Shown piece after piece: positions 40,017 to 50,104 of a stretch of DNA of 64,000 nucleotides (position 1 is the stretch's first letter; every line of letters begins with the position of its first letter). Under the pieces are notes generated by a model, which was not told where the DNA came from, did no database searches, and saw only the letters and a list, made by a program, of their open reading frames with translations. The position numbers and the translations under genes were made by a program. The DNA is taken from contig CBDBZY010000013.1 in the NCBI GenBank assembly GCA_965213685.1, positions 1-64,000 of the forward strand. The letters run 5' to 3'. Source of the DNA: a bacterium. GTDB lineage: Bacteria; UBA8248.

Positions 40017-40573
40017 TTTTATTGATCGCGTGCGCGAAATCGTCCGGGCGGGCGGGAGCGAGGAGGAGTTGACCGCCCGGGTGGCGGCGCGTCTCGCTCC
40101 GATTCTGGATGCGCCCGACCTGTTGAGCACAGAGCAGCTGCTGGTGAAAAAAGAGGGCTTTACGCTCAACCGAATCCACGTCGAGCCGGATGAGAGCTTC
40201 TCCATCGGCGCCGGCATATGGGACGTGGGACAGACCACCCCGATCCACGATCACGGCACCTGGGGGGTGATAGGCATTTACCGCGGCATGGAGAACGAGG
40301 AGAGTTTCTTGCGCGAGGGGCCCCCGCGAGGATGGCGTCCGCGTCAGGCTCACCCCCCGGGGCAGGCGCCTAGCGGTGCCTGGCGACGTGTTTGTCTGCT
40401 GCACGCAGGACGACGACGTGCACCGCGTCAGCTGCGCCTCGTCCGAGCCTGTGGTGGGCGTCCACGTCTATGGCGGGAACCTCGCCAAAATCCCGCGCTT
40501 CCAGTATGAGGAATCCACCGGCGCCGTGCGCTCGTTTCAAACCGGATGGGACTACGCGAGAATCTCCGTCTGA
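39997..40573 (+). CDS. Cysteine dioxygenase-like cupin, +1 frameshift in C5 at 40321-40325
   Basis: W..GQTTPIHDHGTWG, then DVHRV...VGVHVYG in the shifted frame. Confidence 0.8.
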
Positions 40574-40752
40574 TTTCCCCGAACCGATGGGCGCCCCGCC
40601 GCGTAGCGGGGCTCCCCGTTCGTCGAAATGAGGGGACGACGCGGTGGCTTGTTCGGGGGAGTCGTTTTGGGTATGATCGGGATCAAAGTTTGATGTGCGA
40701 AGAGGTTGGTTTCTGAGGACTTCATGCGCCGCCCCCCTCCGAAGGAGTCCCC

Positions 40753-41837
40753 ATGTTTGGAAAATTTGAAGGGGAGGCGGAATCTCCCTCATTGCCCCGT
40801 TCGCCCCAGAATGCTAGGTTGAGCCAGGACACCCCGACACCCCGACACCCCGACACCCCGACACCCCGACACCCCGACACCCCGACACCCCGACACCCCG
40901 ACACCCCGACACCCCGACAAGAAACCATAGACGGCTAAACGCCGGATTCGGCAACGACCGTCGCGCCGCTTCCCGCATCATCCTCGGCGATGTTCTCCGT
41001 GTTTTGCCACGCCTCCCACCGGATGAAAGGTATGAGGTCGTCATTGCCGATCCGCCTTACAACATAGGCAAGGATTTCGGAAACAACGGCGATGACTTGC
41101 CCATTGACCATTATGTGAAATGGTCGAAAGCGTGGCTGAATCAATGCCTGGAGCGACTCACCGAAAACGGCGTTTTATACGTCTACGGCTTCCCGGAGGT
41201 TCTGTGCCGCGTTGCGGCGCAATATCCCGTTGACGGGCAGCGCTGGCTGGCGTGGCACTATACGAACAAGACTGTCCCCTCCTCCATGTTCTGGCAGCGC
41301 GCCCATGAATCCATTTTGTGCATGTGGAGACCGGAAACCCGGCGGCCGGAACTGGAAATCGATCAGATAAGAGAACCCTACACAAAGTCCTACCTGGCGT
41401 GTGCGGGAAGGAGAAGAGCCGGGACTCCCTCCCGGTTCGGCGCGAACAAAACGACGACGTATGCCGCCCATCCCAATGGCGCGCTGCCGAGGGACGTCAT
41501 CAAGATTCCCGCACTGGCCGGCGGGGCAGGCGCATCCGAGCGATGGTTCATGTGCCATGATTGCGGCGGCGAAGTATTCCCGCCCGGCGAAATCAAGAAC
41601 CATCACGGACACGACATATTCAAGCACCCTACCCAGAAGCCGATGGAGCTGACGCGCCGCCTGCTCTTGTCGCGCATCACCGGCGCATCCGGTCGCCTAC
41701 TCGTTCCCTTTGCAGGTTCCGGTTCGGAATGCGTCGTCGCCCAGCAAATGGGCGTTTCTTTTACCGGAATTGACATGAACCCGCAGTTTGTCCGCTTCGC
41801 GCGCAGATGGCTCCAAAAGGAGCGGGACGGTGTATAG
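40753..41837 (+). CDS. N4/N6 DNA methyltransferase (beta class), out of frame across the 8-bp repeat
   Basis: RBS GAAGGAG + ATG 40753; IILGDVLRVL..ADPPY..HPTQKP..VPFAGSGS in a different frame that has no start codon before the IILGD segment. Confidence 0.8.
40828..40919. repeat. Simple sequence repeat (GACACCCC) x 11.5
   Basis: 11 perfect 8-mers plus GACA. Confidence 0.98.
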
Positions 41838-41838
41838 G

Positions 41839-42420
41839 ATGACTCCGCTGATGCTGCAGAATCTGGGCCGCGAACTTCGCAAGTTCCACGACCAGTTCAT
41901 CGGCGGCAGATGCGCGGGTTGGCAAATGGAGGAACTCCTCGTGCGGGCGATCCAGTCCGACACCAGTCGCAATCATCATGTCGAATGGCGAGAACACGGG
42001 CACGACGACAAGGCGGATATCCGCGTGCGAGCCAACGGGCGTGAATACCCCATCGAGGTGAAATCGGGGCAGGTGAAAAAGAAAACCGGAAAGCTGACTC
42101 TCTCGGGTCATCGATTGGGCCGCTTCCAGGGAGATTTCGGGAAGATCACGGATTATCTGAACGGCAAAATGGCTCATGTCATCTCGCTAGCCCATGAGAA
42201 GCACGAAGACGAACAAGGCCGCCACCATATCTACCGTTTGTATTATATCGAGCCGACGCGCCTTCGGGGGCTTGCGGAGAAAAATTGGGACAAAGTGGGA
42301 GCGCAATTCAAACAGACGAACAGCGATGGCGTGGAGTTCTCGTTGCGGCCTTCCATGAGTTGGCAGATATGGTGGACGATTCCTGTGGGGCAACCGGAGA
42401 AGATTTTCGATTTTGCGTAG
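41839..42420 (+). CDS. Putative PD-(D/E)xK restriction endonuclease
   Basis: ADI..IEVKSG motif; ATG 1 nt after the MTase stop. Confidence 0.65.
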   Translation: MTPLMLQNLGRELRKFHDQFIGGRCAGWQMEELLVRAIQSDTSRNHHVEWREHGHDDKADIRVRANGREYPIEVKSGQVKKKTGKLTLSGHRLGRFQGDFGKITDYLNGKMAHVISLAHEKHEDEQGRHHIYRLYYIEPTRLRGLAEKNWDKVGAQFKQTNSDGVEFSLRPSMSWQIWWTIPVGQPEKIFDFA

Positions 42421-42438
42421 CGATAAGGTGCGCGTCGC

Positions 42439-43143
42439 CTACCACGGCATGGGTTTTCTGTCCTGGAAATAGCCGCCCGTAGGCCCGTTGCCTGGCAGCA
42501 GGGCGAGCCACACCGGCGTGTCCGCCCCCTCGTCTATTGATTTGGACGCCCCGCGCCCGCCCATGTCGGTTCGCACCCACCCCGGATGGCAGCAGTTGAC
42601 GAGCACGCCGGTTCCCCGGAACTCCGCCGCGAGGATTTTCGTCATCGCGTTCAGCGCGGTTTTCGTGATCCGGTATGCGGGCGAGCCGCCTCCCATGCTG
42701 GCGAGAGCGCCCATGCCGCTGGAGACGTTCACGATTCTGCCGGCGGGGCTTTTTTTCAGAAGGCCGGCCAAGGCCTGGCACGTCATGAGGGGGCCGTAGA
42801 GGTTGGTTTCCATCATTTCGCGGAGGATGTCGACCGGAACGTCCAGCCCCGTCATTCCCTTGTCCGCCCGGATGGCCGCGTTGTTGACGAGGATGTCCAG
42901 GCGGCCGAACTCTTCCGCCACGAACGCGGCCAGCCCGGCGACGCTGCGCGGATCGGCGACGTCCAGGGCGCGGAAGACGACCCCCAGCCCCTCGGTTTCG
43001 AGCTGTTCCCTGGCGGTCTCGCCCCTCGATGCGTCCCGCGCCGTCAGGATGGTCCTGACGCCCCGCCTGGCGAGTGCGCGGCATATTCCAAAGCCAATCC
43101 CCTTGTTGCCGCCGGTGACGACGGCGATCTTTTCATTCGGCAA
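42439..43143 (-). CDS. SDR oxidoreductase (carbonyl reductase-like)
   Basis: VTGGNKGIG, LVNNAA, YRITK, HPGWVRTDMGG. Confidence 0.92.
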   Translation of the reverse strand: MPNEKIAVVTGGNKGIGFGICRALARRGVRTILTARDASRGETAREQLETEGLGVVFRALDVADPRSVAGLAAFVAEEFGRLDILVNNAAIRADKGMTGLDVPVDILREMMETNLYGPLMTCQALAGLLKKSPAGRIVNVSSGMGALASMGGGSPAYRITKTALNAMTKILAAEFRGTGVLVNCCHPGWVRTDMGGRGASKSIDEGADTPVWLALLPGNGPTGGYFQDRKPMPW

Positions 43144-43335
43144 CGCCTGGCTCCTCTCTCCGTCCGGGCGGGGCGCGCGATTTTCGCCGGGTTCGGTGTG
43201 TTTCACGGGCGCGCCCGGAAAATGATTCTGGAATCCGCTCGTTCGCATGTTATACCATGGGGAGGAGGCCCCGGGCGCGCCCGTCAACGCGCATGGGAAT
43301 CCGTCAACGCATATGGGAAAAAACGATTGAACGTC

Positions 43336-44031
43336 ATGCACCTGGTTCTGTTCGATGTAGACGGGACGCTGCTTCTGAGCGGCGGCGCGGGGGCTGCGGC
43401 GCTGAACGTCGCCTTTGGGGATATATACGGCATACCGAATGCGATGCGTCATGTGCAGCCGCACGGAAAGACGGATGAACGCATCGTCCAGGAGATGTTT
43501 CGCTCGTTTCTCGGTCGTTGCGGGAGCCCCGCCGAGGTGCGGGCGCTGTTGCGCAGATATGTGGAGGTCTTGCCGGAGACGGTTTCGGATTCCAGGAACT
43601 TTCATCTGATGCCGGGAATCCCCGGCCTGCTGGTGCGTCTGCGGGAGCGCGAAGACGTTCTGACGGGGCTGGGGACGGGAAACATCGAGCGGGGCGCGCG
43701 AATCAAGCTGGAGCGCGGCGGGCTGAACCCGTTTTTCCCGTTCGGCGGGTTCGGCTCCGATTCGGCGGAGAGGGCGGAATTGCTGGAGGCGGGATTCCGG
43801 CGCGGCGCGGGTATCGCGCAGGAGAAGTTCCCGGGCGCGTCCATCCGGTGCTGGGTGATAGGCGATACGTGGCGCGATATATCCGCGGGCCGCGCGTGCG
43901 GCGCCAGAACGGTGGGCGTGGCCACGGGGGGCGATTCGCTGCATGGGCTGGCGAGCGCCCGTCCGGATTTTCTTTTCGCCACCCTGGAGGATGGGGAGAG
44001 GTTCTGTGAAATTCTCGACGCCGGCGGTTAG
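43336..44031 (+). CDS. HAD family hydrolase
   Basis: LFDVDGTL, GKTD, TGN, VIGDT..D. Confidence 0.9.
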   Translation: MHLVLFDVDGTLLLSGGAGAAALNVAFGDIYGIPNAMRHVQPHGKTDERIVQEMFRSFLGRCGSPAEVRALLRRYVEVLPETVSDSRNFHLMPGIPGLLVRLREREDVLTGLGTGNIERGARIKLERGGLNPFFPFGGFGSDSAERAELLEAGFRRGAGIAQEKFPGASIRCWVIGDTWRDISAGRACGARTVGVATGGDSLHGLASARPDFLFATLEDGERFCEILDAGG

Positions 44032-44034
44032 GGG

Positions 44035-44727
44035 TTGAAAGCGTCTTCGTATCCGCTCGCACCGGACGAGCTCGCCCGGGTGTATCGGCAGATACCGCTG
44101 TGGGCGCGGAGCGAACTCGCGGACTTGTCGGAGGCGCAGCTCGACAGGACGGGCGCGGAGGAATGGGCGCGCTGGTCCCCGAGAAGGCAGCTCAGCCACA
44201 TGGCCTACATCACGACAAGGTGGTTCCTGGTTCTCTACGGCGCGGCGCGCCTGCCGTGGCGGGTGGTGGACATGAGCCAGTTCGGCACGTTCATCAACTC
44301 AGCGGAGGATGACCGCCGTTTCTCCTCGGAGCGGTACCCGGACGCCGAATGGCTGCATGCGCGTTTTTCCGAGGCCTGCGGGGCGGCGGCCGCGCAACTG
44401 GAGGAGCGGCGCGAAGCGGAGGGGGCGACGGCGGCGGGAAAGGCGCTCTTGTTCGTCTTCACGGACTCATCGGTCGTGGGCGCGAGCGAGGAGCGCTCCG
44501 TCGATTTGTGGAGTCGCTGCATGAGATGCCATCCGGACGGATTCGCGGCCGACCCCGAACACGCGCACGGGTTTCGCGTCACGCCTTTGGCCATCCTGCG
44601 TCACGTGCTCTGGGACAACCTGATTCACCTGCGCTCCATCCGCCTGCATCGCGAAGCCCTGGGCCTCTCGCCCGTCTGTCCGGACGCCCCCGTCGGCGGC
44701 TACGCTCCCGCCTATCCCGTCTCTTGA
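44035..44727 (+). CDS. DinB/YfiT-like hypothetical protein (paralog A)
   Basis: WSPRRQLSHMA ... RHVLWDNLIHL. Confidence 0.55.
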   Translation: MKASSYPLAPDELARVYRQIPLWARSELADLSEAQLDRTGAEEWARWSPRRQLSHMAYITTRWFLVLYGAARLPWRVVDMSQFGTFINSAEDDRRFSSERYPDAEWLHARFSEACGAAAAQLEERREAEGATAAGKALLFVFTDSSVVGASEERSVDLWSRCMRCHPDGFAADPEHAHGFRVTPLAILRHVLWDNLIHLRSIRLHREALGLSPVCPDAPVGGYAPAYPVS

Positions 44728-45230
44728 TGCGAACCGCTAGGCCTGCGCGGGCGCATTTTCTTTTTTGGCTTGCCTTCGTCTCCTTCGCGTCGGCGGCGGG
44801 CGCTCTTTTGTTTTTCTCCGAGCCGCTGTTCTTGGGCACGACGGGCGTGAAGGCGTCCCTAGTGGCGGAGGCGCGGAAATGGAGGGGGATGCCTCCGGGG
44901 GTCATCACCTCAAAAGTGGGTGCTGCGCTGAAGGGATACCTGGACGCCTCGCGCCACGCCAGCCGCGCGGCGGTTCGGGTTTCCCGGTCGGGCGCGGAAG
45001 GATTGTCCCTGGACGTCCGGCTGCCGTGGGCGGAGGTGAGCGCCAAGAAAAGAAGGCAAAGAGCGGAGCTGATTTGCCGGCTGGGCGGCGCCATGCTGGA
45101 GGGTGCGGGGGCGGTGCGGGCGACGCTTCTCGTGAACCTCCGCCGAATGCGGAGGGACTCCACGGCGGACGAGCCCGCCGGGAGGATGACGTATTCTCCC
45201 GGCGAGAGGAGATGCGCGTGGGGAGAATAG
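44727..45230 (+). CDS. Membrane-anchored hypothetical protein
   Basis: ATG overlaps upstream stop; N-terminal TM. Confidence 0.55.
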   Translation: MRTARPARAHFLFWLAFVSFASAAGALLFFSEPLFLGTTGVKASLVAEARKWRGMPPGVITSKVGAALKGYLDASRHASRAAVRVSRSGAEGLSLDVRLPWAEVSAKKRRQRAELICRLGGAMLEGAGAVRATLLVNLRRMRRDSTADEPAGRMTYSPGERRCAWGE

Positions 45231-45369
45231 GTTTTTCGGCCGGCGTCGGCGACGCCTCCCAAGGAGAGAAGGCCGGCCGCCGGCCCGCCCCCGTTCTCCC
45301 GCGGGCTTCGTTTCTGCTAGGCTGGCATATCGATGGTTCGTTTCTGGTGCCGAATCGAGGAGGGCGGCT

Positions 45370-46290
45370 ATGGTACTGCAAACCGTTGCGATCGTGAGTC
45401 CCGGGGATATGGGACATGCGGTGGGCCGCGTGCTGGGTTCGCACGGCGTGGAGGTGCTCGCCTGTCTCGCCAATCGCAGCGCGCGGACGAGGCGCCTCGC
45501 CGCCGCTGCGGGAATCCGGAACTGTCCGACGCTCGCGGAGATGCTGGAGCGCGCGGACCTGGTGCTGTCCATCGTCCCGCCGGGCCTGGCTGTGCGGGCG
45601 GCGGATGCGGTGGCGGAAGCCATGTCGGCTTCGGGTTTTTGCCCGCCGTATGCGGACTGCAACGCCGTGTCGCCGGAGACGGCGCGCGCCATCGCGAGGA
45701 GGATTTCGGGAGCCGGAGGGGATTTTATCGATGGCGGGATACTGGGTCCTCCGCCGGGCGGAGGGCGGAGCGCGACCAGGTTCTATTTCAGCGGGGAGCG
45801 GGCGGGGCTGCTCTCGGAGCTGGACGGCAAGGGAATCATCGTTCGTCTGCTTGGGCGCGAGGTGGGCCGCGCCTCCGGGATCAAGATGTGCTACGCCGCG
45901 CTCACGAAAGGAACCCACGCGCTTCAGACGGCGGTCCTCACCCTGGCCGAGGCGCTCGGCCTCGCCGAGGAGTTGCGCGGCGAGCTGCAAACGAGCCAGG
46001 CCGCTTCATACCGGCAGATGATCTCCAGCGCCCCCCGCCTTCCCGTCGTGGCGTGGCGATACGTCGATGAGATGCGGCAGATTGCGCAGACCTGCGAGGC
46101 GGCCGGCGTCACCGCGATGTTTCACCGAGGAGCGGCGGAGGTGTACTCCCACCTCGCGCGGACGCCTTTGGCGGAACAAGCGCCCGAGACGATGAACGCG
46201 GCGCTGTCGCCCCAGCAGGCGGCCTCGGTGTATGCCGCGCACTTGCCGATGAGGGCGGACGACCACGGACGCCCGGAGGAGGCGATATGA
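45370..46290 (+). CDS. NAD(P)-dependent oxidoreductase (beta-hydroxyacid dehydrogenase/DUF1932 type)
   Basis: SPGDMG, DCNAVSP, IKMCYAALTKG, AWRYVDEM. Confidence 0.88.
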   Translation: MVLQTVAIVSPGDMGHAVGRVLGSHGVEVLACLANRSARTRRLAAAAGIRNCPTLAEMLERADLVLSIVPPGLAVRAADAVAEAMSASGFCPPYADCNAVSPETARAIARRISGAGGDFIDGGILGPPPGGGRSATRFYFSGERAGLLSELDGKGIIVRLLGREVGRASGIKMCYAALTKGTHALQTAVLTLAEALGLAEELRGELQTSQAASYRQMISSAPRLPVVAWRYVDEMRQIAQTCEAAGVTAMFHRGAAEVYSHLARTPLAEQAPETMNAALSPQQAASVYAAHLPMRADDHGRPEEAI

Positions 46291-46958
46291 GCGCAGACCC
46301 ATCCGCCCCGGGGCTGGACGTTTTTCCGGAATACGGACGTTTGGCGAACCTGTTTCGGCAGGAGACGAACGGCCTCTCCCGGGAGTTCTGCGAACGGAGA
46401 TTGCCCGGCAAGAGCTGGGGGGCGTGGTGCATCCGGGAGCAGATCAGCCACACGGCATGGATACCGTATCTTTTTTTCCTGGAGTTTTGGCCCCCCGTCC
46501 TGTTTTCGGGTTCTTTGCCGCGGGAGAAATCCCTGGCGGATACGGGAGGTGCGGACAGGATGCTGGACCCCGCCCGATTTCCCGAGATGGCCGATGTCCT
46601 GGCCGGGCTGGATGACGCCTTTGCCCTGTGCCGGGAGGTTCTGGCAAACGAGACGCGCGCGACGCTGCGTTCCAGGGAATTGCCCAGGAGGTATTCTCCG
46701 GACAGAACGTGGGCGACCGGCGAGCGGGTGATGGATTATTTTCAAGACCTCGTTCTTCCCGCCCACCAGACGGGTTTTCGGCAGGATGAAAACGACCCCC
46801 TGCTCTATTATCAGACGCTGGAATGTACGTTTCGCCATATATTGTGGGAGGCGCATGCGCACTTGATCACCATCCAGGAGTTCAAGCGCGTCGGGGGGTT
46901 GCCCGTTCGATCGAACGTCCCGAGAGACGGGTACGCCGCACTGCTCGCGTGGGAGTAG
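46287..46958 (+). CDS. DinB/YfiT-like hypothetical protein (paralog B)
   Basis: WCIREQISHTA ... RHILWEAHAHL. Confidence 0.55.
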   Translation: MSADPSAPGLDVFPEYGRLANLFRQETNGLSREFCERRLPGKSWGAWCIREQISHTAWIPYLFFLEFWPPVLFSGSLPREKSLADTGGADRMLDPARFPEMADVLAGLDDAFALCREVLANETRATLRSRELPRRYSPDRTWATGERVMDYFQDLVLPAHQTGFRQDENDPLLYYQTLECTFRHILWEAHAHLITIQEFKRVGGLPVRSNVPRDGYAALLAWE

Positions 46959-47035
46959 ATGCGCACACTGCTCCCGGGGGGCTTGTCCGGCGGTTTTGAT
47001 TCCTCCCGTGGCCATTTGAATGGAGGAGGCCGTCC

Positions 47036-48904
47036 ATGAACACCCCGCACCGGGGGATGGGGGCGTTGCGGGAGTATTTTTACGGCGCGGATATCGGCCG
47101 GGCGACGATAGCCCCCCCGGGGGCCGTCGTGGCAGGGAGGATGGGCCGGTGGCGCATCGCCTACCAGGTCGGCCCGCGCGGAATCCGTCCGGGCGGAGGG
47201 CTGCGCTTCACGCCGCCCAACGGGTTCAGCGCCCCGCAATTCGAGGACATGACGGCGCCGGGATACTGCAGGGTTCGGTGCTCCCGTCCGGGCGCCTCTT
47301 TCTCCCCCGCGCTGCGGACGCCCGTGCTCGGCTACACCTTCTTGCCGGCGAGCCTGGAGCTGCGGCTCCGGGGCGCGGCGGCTTTGGCTGAGGGCGACCG
47401 CATCGAGGTGGACTACGGCTGGACGCCATCCGGCATTCCGGGTGCGCAGGCGCAAACCCTGGCCATGCCCGTGGAGTTCACCCTGTCCGTGGACGCCGGG
47501 GGCGAGGGGGACTGGGAGCTCCTCCCGGCCCCGCCGAGGCTGGACGTTATGCCCGAGCCGCCCTCCCTTCTCTGGGTGACGGCGCCCGCGCAGGCGGTGG
47601 TGGCGCGGGTGTTCTCCGTGCGTGCGGTGGCGCGGGACCGCTTTCATAACGTGGCGCGGGCGAGTGCTTCCGTCCCGGAGCTTCTTCTGCCGGATGGGAG
47701 CGCGGCTCCTTTTCGCCAGGAGAAACCCGGCGTTTTCGTTTGCGAGGACGCCGTGCTGGAGACCGGGGGCGTGCATCGGCTGCGGGTTGTGGCGGATGGC
47801 CTGCCGCCGGTGCGGACGCCGCCGATCCGGGTGCTGGACGCCCCGCCCGCCCGCGCGCTCCTTTTTGGAGATCCGCATTGCATGAGCGGGCTGTGCGTGG
47901 GGGAGTACCCGAGGCCGTCGACGGCGCGCGAAATCGTGGAATACGTTCACACGTACGCGCGGGATGCGGCGGGCCTGGATTTTGCCGCCTGCACCTCTTT
48001 GGCCATGCGCATGGGCGAGGAGGAGTGGAGGGAGGTCACGGAGGGGGCGAGTCGCTTCACCGAGGCGGGAAGGTATGTGGCTCTTCCCGCGTATGAATGG
48101 TTTGGGATGCTGGAGCAGGACGGGAACAAGAACGTCTATTTCCTGGATGATCGGGATGTCCCGAAACTCGATTCCCACCGCCCGGACTCCGACCTTCCCG
48201 AGAAGCTGTGGAAGCGGCTGGAGGGGCTGGAGGGTCGCGCGATGACGATTCCCCATCATTCGGCGAGCGCCGTCATCGGCACGCGCTGGCGCTGGCACGA
48301 CCCGAGGTTTCAGCGCCTCGTCGAGATATATTCCTGCTGGGGCAGCTCCGAGGCCCCCGGCTGCGAGAGGCCCTTGGTGAATCCGGCGCGCTATGAGGGG
48401 CAAAGCGTGCGGGACGCGCTCGAGAAAGGATACCGGCTGGGCGTCATCGCCGGCTCGGACACGCATGCGTCCCAGCCCGGGTTTTCCAATCGCTTGCGCC
48501 TGAAGAACGCCTGGAGGGGCGGGCTGGCCTGCGTCTGGGCGGAGAGCTTCGATCGGGAGGGGATATTCCGGGCGCTTTGGGAGCGGCGCTGCTACGGCAC
48601 GACGGGGGCGCGCATCCTCCTGGAATTCTCCCTGAACGAAGCGCCCATGGGTTCCGAGGTGCGGCTGTCCGCCTCGGAGGAGAGAAGGCTCCGCGTTCGG
48701 GCCGAGGCCTGCTCCCCGGTCGCCGAGGTGCGCATCGTCAAGAATGCGAGGGAAATTCCCCTGGACCCGCCCGGGCGCGAGTCGCTCTCCCTGGAGTGGG
48801 TGGACCCGGGCGGGCGGGAGAAAGAGTCCGATTATTATTATGTTCGCCTGGTGCAGGACGACGGGGAAATGGCCTGGTCGAGTCCCATATGGGTGGACGC
48901 CTAG
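47036..48904 (+). CDS. DUF3604/PHP-fold metallohydrolase
   Basis: FGDPHC, GLDF, YEW, IPHH, VEIYS.WG, GSDTH, RRCYGTTG, AWSSPIW. Confidence 0.8.
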   Translation: MNTPHRGMGALREYFYGADIGRATIAPPGAVVAGRMGRWRIAYQVGPRGIRPGGGLRFTPPNGFSAPQFEDMTAPGYCRVRCSRPGASFSPALRTPVLGYTFLPASLELRLRGAAALAEGDRIEVDYGWTPSGIPGAQAQTLAMPVEFTLSVDAGGEGDWELLPAPPRLDVMPEPPSLLWVTAPAQAVVARVFSVRAVARDRFHNVARASASVPELLLPDGSAAPFRQEKPGVFVCEDAVLETGGVHRLRVVADGLPPVRTPPIRVLDAPPARALLFGDPHCMSGLCVGEYPRPSTAREIVEYVHTYARDAAGLDFAACTSLAMRMGEEEWREVTEGASRFTEAGRYVALPAYEWFGMLEQDGNKNVYFLDDRDVPKLDSHRPDSDLPEKLWKRLEGLEGRAMTIPHHSASAVIGTRWRWHDPRFQRLVEIYSCWGSSEAPGCERPLVNPARYEGQSVRDALEKGYRLGVIAGSDTHASQPGFSNRLRLKNAWRGGLACVWAESFDREGIFRALWERRCYGTTGARILLEFSLNEAPMGSEVRLSASEERRLRVRAEACSPVAEVRIVKNAREIPLDPPGRESLSLEWVDPGGREKESDYYYVRLVQDDGEMAWSSPIWVDA

Positions 48905-48916
48905 CGAGGAGAGGCC

Positions 48917-50101
48917 GTGGCGACGGAATCGGCGGACGCCATCGTCATCGGCGGCGGCGTGATGGGATGCTCCATCGCATACCAACTGGCCAGGCGCGGT
49001 TTTGGCAGGGTGATTCTCTGCGAGCGCGAGAGCATCGCGTCGGGCTCCACGGGGGGCTCCTCGGCGCTCATCCGCATGCACTACTCCAACAAGAGCACCA
49101 TCCAGATGGCGTGGCGGTCCCTGTTGGCGTTTGAGCGGTTCGAGGAGTATTCCGAGGGCGGACAGGCGGGTTTCATGCAAACCGGCTATCTGGTGCTGGC
49201 GGACGCCTCTCTTCGCGCGGGCGTCCGAAAAAACGTGGCGCTCGCGCAATCCCTCGGGGTGGAGACGCGCTGGTTGGAAAAAGAGGAGATTTCCCGACGC
49301 TACGCCCCGTGGGCCAGGCTGGACGATGTCGTGGGCGGAGCGTATGAGCCGAGGAGCGGATATGCGGACCCCCACGCGGTGACGTCCGCGTTTGCGGAGG
49401 GCGCCAGAAAATACGGCGCGCGCATTCGGCAGCATTGTCCCGTGATCGGGGTGGAGGCGGACGGCCGCGGTCGGGCGCGGGTGCGGACTCCGCGCGGCGC
49501 GATCGAGGCTCCGGTCGTCGTGAACGCCTCGGGTGCCTGGGTGAACAAGGTGGCCGCACTGAGCGGACATCGCCTTCCGGCCGAGGCCATTCGGGAGCAG
49601 GACACGGTTTTTGACGCGGTCGGCAAGGACGGCGAGAGGGTGGACATCGTCGTCTACGATGGGCCGACGCGCCTTTACTACCGCCCGGAAGGAAGGGACC
49701 TGCTCCTTGTCGGCCGCGACAACATAGAGCCGGAATATGTGGACCCGGACAATTTCAACAAAAAAGAGGACATGGCTTTCGTGCTTGACGTTCTGGAGAG
49801 GATGCGAAGGCGCTGGCCGGATTTTGAGAACGCAAAACTCTTCCGCGGCTGGGGCTGTCTGTACTGCGTCACGCCGGACTGGATGCCCATTCTGGATCGT
49901 CACCCCGAGATGCCGGGATACTACGTCTGCGCGGGGATGAGCGGCCACGGCTTCAAGCTGGCCCCGGCGGTGGGAGAGATGATGGCGGAGTTGATCATGA
50001 CGGGAAAGTGCGCGGAGCCCGACATCCGCGACTACCGTCTCGCGCGTTTCGGGGAGGGGCGTTTGATGAAAAGCGTTTTCGGAACCGGCTTTCAGGGATG
50101 A
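48917..50101 (+). CDS. FAD-dependent oxidoreductase (sarcosine oxidase beta/DAO family)
   Basis: IGGGVMG, GSTG, TPDWMPI, GMSGHGFKLAPAVG. Confidence 0.9.
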   Translation: MATESADAIVIGGGVMGCSIAYQLARRGFGRVILCERESIASGSTGGSSALIRMHYSNKSTIQMAWRSLLAFERFEEYSEGGQAGFMQTGYLVLADASLRAGVRKNVALAQSLGVETRWLEKEEISRRYAPWARLDDVVGGAYEPRSGYADPHAVTSAFAEGARKYGARIRQHCPVIGVEADGRGRARVRTPRGAIEAPVVVNASGAWVNKVAALSGHRLPAEAIREQDTVFDAVGKDGERVDIVVYDGPTRLYYRPEGRDLLLVGRDNIEPEYVDPDNFNKKEDMAFVLDVLERMRRRWPDFENAKLFRGWGCLYCVTPDWMPILDRHPEMPGYYVCAGMSGHGFKLAPAVGEMMAELIMTGKCAEPDIRDYRLARFGEGRLMKSVFGTGFQG

Positions 50102-50104
50102 AGG

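Noticed and set aside
40371-40373. TAG (pyrrolysine) read-through in the CDO-like gene
   Set aside because: The TAG is not in the coding frame once the C-run frameshift is corrected
46811-49948. Very long antisense ORFs (1045 aa here; also 31826-34285, 27442-29673, 11665-13284)
   Set aside because: Shadows of well-supported genes in high-GC DNA; no recognisable motifs
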